Shown here piece by piece: positions 39,980-54,200 of a stretch of 64,000 nucleotides of DNA (its first letter is position 1; each line of letters starts with the position of its first letter). The notes under the pieces were generated by a model. It was not told the DNA's origin. It did no database searches and was given only the letters and a program-made list of their open reading frames with translations. This DNA is from Piromyces finnis finn. Lineage: Eukaryota > Fungi > Neocallimastigomycota. The position numbers and the translations under genes are program-made. Location of the stretch: NCBI GenBank assembly GCA_002104945.1, contig MCFH01000013.1, positions 186,001 through 250,000 on the forward strand, read 5' to 3'.

Positions 39980-39985
39980 ATTTTA
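39971..39985 (+). repeat. Right target-site duplication of the LINE
   Basis: Identical to 34263-34277. Confidence 0.85.
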
Positions 39986-40725
39986 TAAATATTTTAAAAA
40001 AAATTTTCAAGTTTGAAATTACAAAGGAAATAGAATTTTGTAAAAAAAAAAAAAAAAAAAAAAACACAAAAACAATCAATTTCATTTTATATTAACTCTA
40101 AAAAAAAAAAATGAAATAACGAATTTTCTTTTGTAATGCTATAAATTTTAATTTTAAAAGTATTTACAATAATTATAACAAAATATTTATATGCTTTTTG
40201 TTAATACAATCACTACCTGATGATGTTTATGTTTTTTGATAACATTCAACTTTTTTGCTTATAAGAAGTCAAATAACTACATCATGATTATCATGATTAT
40301 ACTTCATGGTATACTATATAGAAGGTTTATTTTTATTTTTTAATTAAAATATATTATTTTTTTTTTTTAAACATTTTTATATATAGTATGATAATTAAAA
40401 CTATATAAAAAGTCATTATAGATTTAAACACTTAATAAGAAAGTTTATAGCATTATATCCATTAATTTCAACTATTATTATTATTATTATTATAATTATA
40501 AATTTCAATTGCTTATTTAATTGTTAATTTATTATTATGCTTTTTTTTTTTTTTCTTATCTAGCTTGATTTATTTTATTTATTTATTTTTTTCTTTTTCT
40601 TTTATTATTATAATAATATATATATTTTAGATAATATATATATTTTATTATTTATTTTTATTTACTAGTATCATTATAGATACATCTATTTAATATAAAA
40701 CTTTTTTTAAATTTTTTTTTTTTAT

Positions 40726-43013
<2,288 letters not shown>

Positions 43014-43087
43014 TTCTTTTATTTATTATATTATATTATTTTGTTATTAAATAAGTTGTAAATTTTATTGTAATTAAAATTTTTAAA

Positions 43088-43121
<34 letters not shown>

Positions 43122-44026
43122 TTATTCTACGATTTGATTTTTATTTACATCAACTTCTACCTTCTATATTATTATTAACTATATAAACTATTGGTTATAA
43201 TTTATTTGTATATATAAATTATTCTTTTCGTTATCGTTTTCTATAAAAATTTTCTTTTTTTATGAAATAATGATAATTTAAGTATGTTTTCCAGATTCGA
43301 AATTTAATAGCATAATTAAAAAAAAAAAAAAAGGAAGTAAAATAAAAGTATTATTTCATATTTATTATGAAGTCGTCAAAATGGATGTATATCAATGTTG
43401 GTAAAACAATATATATATATAATAAAAATATAAATTTAAGGAAATCAACATTTGAAATTCAGAATATTTAAAAATTAGTCTCAACTGTAAATAAAATATT
43501 TGATATAATTATTATTATATAATTAAAATAATAAATGTTATTTCTTTTTCCTTTTTACCTTTTTAATTTTTTATTAAAGTATATAAATTTTTAATTATTG
43601 TCTGTCCCGTATTTTAATATTTTATTTTTAATATTTTGTTTTTTTTTTTTTTTAAAATTTATTTTTTATCTTTTTTTTATAGATAATTTTAACCCTTTTT
43701 ATATTTTTTCTTTTTTTTTTTTTTTTTATACAAATAAAATTTTTGAATTTAATTAAAAATTTAATATATAATTAATGTATTTGAAAGAAAAATAGAAAGA
43801 TACACCTATTCTTCTAAATCAGTTAAACAATTAATTATAATAAGAATAAGAATAAGAATATATATATATATACATCGATAAAACTTGAAAATAAGAAATA
43901 TTCAATATTTTAATAAGATATAAAATAAATAATTATTAATGAATAATAATATTTATTCATTAATAAACTTTTTTTAAAAAAAAAAATTAAAATAATTTTC
44001 AATTTTGTAATTTCAATTTAACAAAA

Positions 44027-47000
44027 ATGTGGCATTCAGCAAGGTAAATTTTAAAGTTAATTATCAATTAATACACAATTCATATTATTGACTAATAAAA
44101 AAAAATATATAATTTACATCCCTTTTTTTTTCCCCTAATTTTCTATATTACATCTTTTTTTGTTTTCTCTACACGACATTGTGGTAATCGAAAAATCAAC
44201 AATTAAAACTTCATCGTTACTAAATAATACAATTAAAAAATTTTACAATTCAAAATTCATATTATATGAACAATTCATAAATATATGACTTCAATTTAAT
44301 TATTCTATTTAATTCCTTTTTTTTTTCTTTTTTATTTATTTGCATGTCTGTTTGTTGTCTTATTGTCTTTTTAATTAATTTATAAATTTATAGAAAACAA
44401 GAGAAAAAGGTAATGCTCTACTTTTTCTATAACACTATGTTTATATTAAATCTTTAATAGAATTAATATAATATATAATATAATATATTATTTATTGTTT
44501 TTATTGTTATATTAAATACATATATATAAACACTAATATGGTAAAAGGTCTATGCCATTATGGTAGATCATAAAAAGAGAGTTGAACGTCGAAAAGCTTA
44601 TTATGAATCAAAGGTAATTCATACATTTGATAAAAAAAAAAAAAGCAATAAATTCATTCCAATTAAAAATGTTGAATATTTTGATTATTATTAATAAATT
44701 AATATTAAAAACCATAATATTTTATTATTATGTCATTTATTGGAAATATATATAATAAATAACTAGCTTGGAGACCCAAGTCAACTTTTACGTATTGCTG
44801 GTTCTGCTGTAAAAATAATACCAGATGCAGAAAGCTATTACTATCATGAAAACCAAGACAATTTGTGGGTTAAACATTTAAACTTCACTTTTAAAATTAT
44901 ATATATAGATAAATAATAGAGAATAATAATAATAATAATAATAAAAAACAATAATATATTTGAAATAAAAAAAAGTAAAAGCAAAATAAAAATAAAACTT
45001 TTAAAGCAAATAATATATATATATTTTTATTTTTATTTTAATTACTAAACCCCGAAAATATATATATTAATGGAATGGATATAAAATTCTTTTATAAGAA
45101 AAAAGAAAAAAAAAAAAAAAAGTTTTTCTATGACTAAAAAATATTATTATTTATTTAACATAAATTTTTTTTATGAATATTATATGTATATATTATATCG
45201 ATGATATTCAAAAATATAAAAATGAACTGCATCTCTTAATGATTTTTCAAATATCACATAATTCATTTTTTTAAACCGAATAATTTATTCAATTAAAATG
45301 TTTTAATTTTTATATATATGCTATTTGAACAACAACATTTAATAAAAAACATATATATATATAAATACATCTCGAACAATCAAAAAAATAAATAATAATA
45401 AAAAATATAAAAAATGAAAAATACACCTATTATGACTATAATATCCATTCATTATAAATCAAAAGAATGCCATGGCAAGGTGACAAGGAAATCAAAATTG
45501 ATAGGTATTTATTATAAAAATAAATAGAAATAATCAATAAAAAGTGTTAATTTCTAATAATTCATTATTCAAAATTAATTAAATAAATAATTATATTAAA
45601 AAAAAGATTTGATGGAAGAACTTTATTAGACTTTATATCTGAAGTTCCACAGGATCCTAATTTTAAAAGTGAAGATGATACAATGAAAGAGGAATTAAAC
45701 TATGAGCGTTATGCTGATTTAATTAATAATGAAAGATTACAAGGTTTATAAAAAAAAAAAAAATAAATAAATACTACAATTATTATTATTTTAAATTAAA
45801 TAATATTTAATTTTTCCCCTATATCTATTTTTATTTATTGTACAGTGGAAGAAAAAGATTGCCTTGAAGAAATCGAAAGAGAATGGAATAGTATTTTATT
45901 AAAAAGTTCTAAAGCAATGAAGGGGTAGAATCATACTATTTAACATAATTGTGATTTTAAATCAAAAAATATTGATATAACATCAAATTTATATATATAA
46001 ATAGTAAAGGATCTGATGATGAAGATGAAGAAATAGAAAAAGAAGACATAAATATGTATTATATCCTTTTAAAAAAGAAAACAATTATATATATAATTAA
46101 TAAAATGGATTGAGAAAAAAAAATATAGTTTTTATTGAAATAAATAATTAATTCATTTTTCATTTATGGAAGGAAGGAAGGAAGGAAAAAAAAAAAAAAA
46201 AAGATATATTCCTTAACTATAGTTTATTTTATATTCATTATAAACATCCCAAGCTTTATAAAGTTATTAATGATTTAACAGACGAAGAATGTACCAAATT
46301 AAATAAAATGGGTGAAGATTATGGAATAGATAATTATTGTAGAATGATTCGTGTACTAAAGTAAGAAAGAAATTATATTTTTTCATTTAATAATAATAAT
46401 AATATAAATATAAATATGTATATAATAACTTTTTAATTTCATTTAAATAAATATAAATATATATATGATAACTTATTTAATTTCATTTAAATAAATATAA
46501 ATATATATGTGATAACTTTTTAATTTCATTTAAATAAATATAAATATATATGTGTATATATAGAAAAGAAAAGGATGACCAAAAATTAGAAAAAGATGAA
46601 GAAGAGGTATTGTTTGTTTATTCCAAAATATACATAGTTGTGTGTATATGCAATAAAATTTGTAATCCGAATAAATAACCCATTTATAATGTATATAAAA
46701 ATATAATTAGAAGAGAAGTAAACTAAGAGGTGATCGTAGAAGAAGAAGAAGAAGAAGAAGAAGAAGGAGAGATGATGATGATGATGAATATTCATCCAGA
46801 ATAAATCGTGGATATAATCCAAGAGATAGTCCAACTTATGAACCATATGAAAGGTAAATTGATAATAAAAAGTTTTTTAAAGTTTATTTTGATGTAGGTA
46901 TATTTTAATATTAATTTATTGAATTTTATATATTTATTAGTTCTACCGATTCGTATGATTCAGAAAGTGAAACAGAATCAGAATCCGATAATGGAAATGA

Positions 47001-47969
47001 AGATAAAAAGAAAGAAACAGTCGATGAATTCATTACTGAATTTGGAGCAGAAGAGGATGAAAAGGAAGAAGATAAAAGTAAAGATCATTCTGAAAAAGAT
47101 ACCAAAGAAAAAGATAGTCATCATAGTCACAGTCGTTCCAGTAAAAAATCAAAGTAATATTTAATGAGCCTTTCAATTCAATATTATTAATATTAATTCC
47201 TATAATTGATAAATGGTTTTTTTTTTTTTTTTTCAATTTCAATTTACACCGTATAGAAAAAGTTCAACAGAATCTACGCCAGCACCACGAGTTTTTGCAA
47301 AACCAGAAGACAAGAATAAGAATGAAGAAGAAGAATTAAAAAAACTAACACCATTAGAACGATTAAAATTAAAGTCAAGAATGGCATTAGACAAACAAAG
47401 TAACCTTTATCCTAAATATTATCAATAAATAATTATTTTAATTATAATTCTTTTTATATATATACCTACTTAATCATTTCCTATGTATATATTTTATATG
47501 ATACTAATTTATAAAAAAAAAAAAAAAACTTTTTTTTTTTTATTTGAATTGTTTAAATTTATATTGTTTAGTTTTGGAAGATGAACGAAAGAAAAAAGCA
47601 AAAGAAATGGAACAACAAGCAGAAGAAATGAATAGAGAAGAAATGTATAATCTTTTAGTAAGTAATCGTAGACAAAAAAGAAAAAGAAGATCTTCTTCCT
47701 CCTCTTCCTCCTCATCATCAAGAAGTCGTAGTCGTAGTAGACATAGACATCACCATCATCATCATAGACATAGTCGTAGTCGTAGTCATAGCCGTAGCCA
47801 TAGTCGTGGTCATAGTCATGGTCGTAGTCGTAGTCGTAGTAGAAGTAAAAGTAGAGATAGAAGTAGACATAGTAGACATCATAGGAGTAGAAGTAGAGAT
47901 AGACATTCTCATTCTCACAGACGTAGTCGTAGTCGTAGTAGATCAAAATCAAGACACAGAAGACATTAA
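44027..47969 (+). CDS. CLASRP: CLASRP/SFRS16-like splicing regulator (SWAP N-terminal DRY_EERY domain plus C-terminal RS domain), many exons
   Basis: Spliced N-terminus MWHSAR|KQEKK|VYAIMVDHKKRVERRKAYYESK|LGDPSQLLRIAG...|MPWQGDKEIKIDR|FDGRTLLDF...NYERY; also INDLTDEECTKLNKMGEDYG, KLTPLERLKLKSRMALDKQ, and an RS/His-rich C-terminus (track ORF 47544-47969). Includes 17-nt (44027-44043) and 16-nt (44394-44409) micro-exons. Confidence 0.88.
46061..46245 (+). other. Probable U12-type AT-AC minor-spliceosome intron in CLASRP
   Basis: 5' end ATATCCTTTT at 46061, branch site TTCCTTAAC at 46209-46217, first downstream AC at 46244-46245. Removal keeps the frame (..NMY|YPKLYKVINDL..). Confidence 0.75.
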
Positions 47970-48281
47970 AATTAAGATATAATTTAATTCCCAAAATATA
48001 AAAATGACATAAAATATAGTAGTAGATATAACCTTTTATCGTTCATCATTGTAAAAAAAAAAAAGTTTTAATACAAAAATAAATATAAATAATAAAAAAA
48101 ATAGTTTTTTTTTTTTATTCTATATTTACTTTAGTAACTTTTAATTTTCTAAAAATAATAGAATTTTCCAAGTCAATCAATAGAATTCCAATAATATAAT
48201 GAATAAGAAGATAACAATATTATTGGATTATACTATTATATTACTATATAATATTATTATACTCTTATGATACATGCCTTA

Positions 48282-48312
<31 letters not shown>

Positions 48313-48414
48313 GAAAAGATTATAAATATTTATGTATTTTCCAATTACTTTATGAACATTAAAAATGTTGTTTAAAATAAATAACCATCACTAGCCAAAT
48401 AATAATGTTGCTTT

Positions 48415-48570
<156 letters not shown>

Positions 48571-51500
48571 AAAAAGAATAATCGATTTAATATAAAGTGA
48601 AACATAAATATAGGTTTTATGTTTTACTACATTTTTTAATTATTTCACTTTATTTCATTCCATATCCATGAAATTGATTGTATTAATTGTATTGTATGGC
48701 AACCTTCCAAATTTAGTAATTTATTTAAACTATTTAATAATATTTTAATTTAAAATTTCTTGTGTTTAAAAAAAAATAGTTTTTATTTTTTTTTAGTTCA
48801 TAAATGATCCTTTAGAATTTATTAAATAAATATAAGGTTAATATATTATTTTATATAATAAAGTAATTTTAAAATAAAAGAAAAAGAGTAGTATGCTTTA
48901 TTAAGAATAAAAAAAACATGTTAAATGAAAAGTATCAATTCAAATCCTAAGATAGATAATCTTTTTTTTTTATTATAAAAATAAAGTCTTTAAAATTTAT
49001 ATTTAATTTGTGGTATAACAAAAATAACTTTACACAAAAAAATCAACCAATAAAAATAAATAATATAATTATAATAAATAAACTTTTTTTATTATTAACT
49101 TTCCAAATCTGGAAAATAAAACTTTTTACAATAATTATTTATGTGGTTAAAAAAAAAGAAATTATAGGTGTCTGTTAGCCTTTTATAACTTTTTATTTTT
49201 GTATTTTTTAACTATTATTCTATAGAATTGAAACTCTATCATCATTACAACAACAACATTTACTTTTTTAAAAAAAAAATCTATTGATATGCTTTATTAT
49301 GTATTGCATAATTAATCGGTATGGTTACACACGTGCCTATTCAATTCATTATATTTTTAATTATATTTTAGAAAAAAAAAAAAAAAAACTTTTATCTAAT
49401 CATAGCAATTGTCTTTTTGTTGTTATTATGGTTATTTACAATAATCCGTAACAATAATAATAATTATAATTGTAATATTGTAATTATAGAAATGGCTGAA
49501 TTGCTGCCGTTATATCCATTATTTTGATTATGAACATTAAAATAGCTATAGTAGATTTTAGGATAAACTATTTTAGAAATTTCAATATCAATAAATTCTA
49601 TAAAGTTTAATTATATGAAAAACTAAAAGTTACTTTATACTATTATTATTGCATGAATAAATTCAAAAGACGAAAGGGTTATAATTGAGAAAAGAAAAAA
49701 ATAAAAAAGTTGATTTCATTTATTCTAACCTTTTCCTTACTTTAATATATCAAAAAAAAAAAAAAATAAAAATAAAATTTAATTAAAATATTAATTAATA
49801 TTTAATATTTTTTAATTTAAAAAAGTGAGTAATTAAAAAAAAAAAATTTAATAATAATAATAGTTTCATTTATTATGTGTTTTTTTATATTTAAATATTC
49901 CATTAAAAAAAACATTTTTTATAGGAAAAGACATGATGGTCTCTATTGATGGTTGTGTCTTTTTTTTTTATTTTCTCTATACAATGAAGGGTAAAATCTG
50001 AACCATTTTATTCTATTCTTTTTTAAACATATAAAAGTAATGTATAACAATAAAAATTATACCAATCTATCTACTTAATACTATTTCTACCACACATACT
50101 TATTATAGGCAGTTTTTTTTTTTTATTAATGATACTTTTATTAGTAATTTTATAGTAGTTAACTTTGTTAAATTTATGCTCTTTTAATGTGGGAACATTA
50201 GTTTTGTGTTTTTTTTTTTTATTAATTTTTTATTTTTAATTTAGTATTAACCATTTTACTTTATAATTTTTTTATATGTATGTATTGTTTGATAAAAAGA
50301 ATAAGGAAAGAAAGGAAATGTTAGTTTATTAATCTTTATAAAAAAATATAATTAAACTATAGCCTTTTTTTTTTTTTGGTGTAGTTGTGGTATGGGTCAA
50401 GAAATTTTTTTCTTTTATTTCTTTTTAAAAAGTTTATAATAAAATATTTTAAATATATATATATAAAACATAATTAAATATTTATTTTTTTTATAAAAAT
50501 CATTAATTAAATTGTAAAGTTTAAATCAATTCATCTATTTCATATATTAATATACTTAATTAATTTTATTAAAATATATTAAAAAAAAAGAATGTACTAC
50601 AATTTAAAATACAAAAACATATAATATATGTGTTATATATAATAATATAAGTAATTCAATATAAAATAATATATTTATAGTAAATTTTTAAAAAATATAT
50701 TTTAATTATTTAATATATATTATTCATTCATTATATTTACTTTTTTTTGTTTCCTATTTTGAAAAATAAATAAATGTAAATAAACAAAAAACAAAAAAAA
50801 AAAATAAATGTAAATAGGTTAGTAGGTAAATAATAATGAAGGATAATGCCTTTTTTTTTTTAATTAGAATGAGTTAAAATCACAAACTTATTTAAAAAGA
50901 AAGTAAAAAAGTAACTTTTTTTTTTTTAAAAAAAAAAAGATGGAGGATCTTCATTTCTGTATTCTATTTAACCATCTTTTTATTTATTTTTTTAAATACT
51001 AATCTCTTTTAATTATGATGTTAATTAAAAATCAAATTAATTAGTTCAACATATATCTATATATTATTAATATAATGAAATATATATTATTTAATATCTT
51101 TTAATTCTAATATTAAATAGAATTTGTATTGAATTTAAAATGAAAAAAGATGGAAAATATATACTCATCCATTATGAAAAAAAATATATAAAAAAATTGA
51201 GTTAAAAATTTTTTTTTTCTTCTTTGTAAAATTTATTTCAAAATATCAACATCAACTCATCACATTTATTAAAAAATAAATAAATAATATTCTTTTTTAT
51301 TAGTAAAGAAGAAGAAGAAGAAAAAAAGAAATATATATATATATACATTTTAAAAAAGAAAATTATATCATACATACATATAAAAAGATAGGATATAATT
51401 TTTTTTATTATTATATACATTTTTACAGAAAGTATTCATTTTTTAGAAAAAATAGAATATATTCAATTTTAACATCAAACAAGATAAACTTTATAAATAC

Positions 51501-52269
51501 AAATATTTAAACATTAATTTATTAAATATAGAATTACCATTTTATTTATTACTTTTAAGTAAAAAGTATTATAGAATAAAAGGAAACACTTTAAAGAAAA
51601 AAAAAAAACACTATATAACGTTTTTAAAATAATATAGAAATTGAAGTTTATACATATAAACAATAAAGTATTGTGTTTTATAAAAGGTAATAAACGATAT
51701 TCATATATACTGTTAAAACCTTTATTTATATCTTTATTTATTTAGCTATATTAAATAAATTATTTATTTTTATTTATAATGGCGATTATATTTGTTTAAT
51801 ATGCATATTTTTTTATTGAAATATTTATGTAATTATTATTTGATAAAATGATAGTGAGTGAATGAAAATTTTATTATTAAAACTGTTTTAAATGTTTTTT
51901 TTTAAATAGAATAAAAAAAAAGATCAAAATTTTAAAATATTTTTTTTTATTGTACATTTTATTTTAAATGATATTAAATATATGGTGATATATTACTAAT
52001 TTAAAATTAACAATAAATTTTAATATATATTTGAAATAGACAAAGATAAATCTATTAGCTAATACTTCGCACTTTTATCAAAAAAAAAAAAAAAAGTAAA
52101 TAAAAGCTAAAAAATAAAACAAACAAACAAGAAAAAAACATAAATAAATTAATAAATAAATAATATAATACTAAATATTATTATTTTTTTATGTATTCTA
52201 ATATAGTTACAAAAAAAAAAAAAAAAAAACATAAATATCTATTACTTTAAAGATAAATAAACTATAAAT

Positions 52270-54200
52270 ATGGCATCAAGAATTATAAATATTCCTCCAA
52301 GAGAAAACAGAAAGTCCAAGGAAGCTTGGGCTTTAATTGATAGTACAGGTCCATGTGAAGAAATGAAGTTTAACTTAACACAAAATAAATTAGCTAAACT
52401 TGAACATTCTGGTGCATATGTTTACCATGATTATTCTGAATGCATTGATATTGCTTGTCCAGCAGATAGAGTAAGAAAATAGATAATAATAGATAATGAA
52501 TAGGATGAAAAATTAATTTATATATAATAAAAAAAGTTTTAAAAATAGTTTATGATTCAAGAAGAAAAAACATTTTTGATATTTTGTAGATATATAAAAA
52601 GCAAAGTTATTAATTTTTAAAAATATATATTTATTATATTATAGAAAATTAATTTCAGTTCTACTTCTTACCTTGGTTTAAATCAAGACCCAAGAATGAA
52701 AGAAGCTGCTTATAAAGCTATTGAACAATATGGTTTAAGTCCACTTGGTAGTGCACCATTTGGTGGTTTAACCAATCTTCATGAAAAATTAGGATACCGT
52801 TTAGGTAAAATTTATGGATTACCATATGGTATCACTACTTCAGGAGGTAATTAATTTGAGAGATATAGAAGGAGCAGCAATATCAATTATACATTTTTAT
52901 GTTGTATTAATTCATTATTTAAACTAAAATATTAAAAATTTAGCTACTCTTGCTAATATGACTATCATTCCTTTAATTGTTGGTGCAAAGGATTTCGTTT
53001 TTTCTGATGAATTAAATCATACTACTATTATTGATGGTATTGATTTATCAAAGGCTAAAATGATTAAATATAAGCATAATGATATGGAAGATTTAGAAAA
53101 AAATGTTAAATTAATTCATGAAAAATTCCCAGATAGAGTAAAATTAATTATTTTTGATGGTGTTTTCAGTATGGAAGGTAAGTCAACTCAAATAATGAAT
53201 TTTATAATTTTAAAATATAATAAATTTTAAAAAAAATAACAACTTTTAATATTTTTTATTTATATATAAACTTTATTTGAATAGGTGATGTATGTGATTT
53301 ACCAAATATTGTTAGAATTGCAAAGCAATACAATTGTAAAACTATGATGGATGAATGTCATGCTCTTGGTATTATTGGTAAGTTTTTAATAAAATAATAA
53401 TGGTGTGGCATTAAGAGAGAAAAACATATAAAAAAGTTTTTATATTTCTTTCTATTAGTAGTATTGTAGAAAAAAAATTTTTTTTAAAAGAAGTAATAAT
53501 AATTAAAAAAAAAGATATAGCATTATATTAAATTTAAGAATACAAAGATAAATAGTTATCATTTTTCATAATAAAAAAAGAATGCATTATTATTCTTTCC
53601 CCATCAAAATAATATTATTAATATATCTAATACAAAATGCAATGAATTTTATTTATCTATTATAATAAAAAAAAGGTCCTCATGGTTATGGTACTTTAGA
53701 TTACTTCAATATGCCAGGATCAGTCGATTTTGTTACTGGTACTTTAGTAAAGTCTCTTTGTGCCCATGGTGGTTATATTTGTTGTAGAAGAGATTATCAA
53801 AATAAGTTAGAAAATTCTAGTGGTATTATTTTCTCTACAAATAATACTCCAGCATATGCTGCTACTTCATTAAAGGCCCTTGATTTAATTGAAGAAGAAG
53901 GTCCAAATAGTGTTCGTGCTAGACTTCAACGTAATATTAAACATTGGAAGGATGGTATTCGTAATCTTGGTTTTAAGATTATTGAAGGTGTCAGTTGTGT
54001 TTGTCCAATTATGATTTATGATGAAATTAATGGTCTTAAATTCCAAAGACGTTTATATGAAGAAGGTTTAAACTTCTCAGCTGTTGCTTTTCCAGCTGTT
54101 CCAAAAAATCAAGCTAGATTAAGAACTACTATTTTAGCTTCACTTACTGATGACGATATTGATGAAGCTTTAAGTATTATTGGACGTGTTGCTCAACAAG
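52270..54200 (+). other. Alpha-oxoamine synthase (AONS/KBL/SPT/ALAS family, class II PLP aminotransferase fold) domain of the PKS
   Basis: KINFSSTSYLGL, FSDELNHTTIIDG, YKHNDMEDLE, IIFDGVFSMEG|DVCDL, MDECHALGIIG, VTGTLVKSL (PLP Lys), GGYI, AFPAVPKNQARLR. Confidence 0.92.

Noticed and set aside
47509-47994. Tyr/Asp-rich and Thr/Met-rich antisense ORFs
   Set aside because: Antisense shadows of the CLASRP RS domain.
50370-50402. GC-richer ggtgtagttgtggtatgggtcaag resembling a tRNA 5' end
   Set aside because: No acceptor stem, T-loop or cloverleaf follows.
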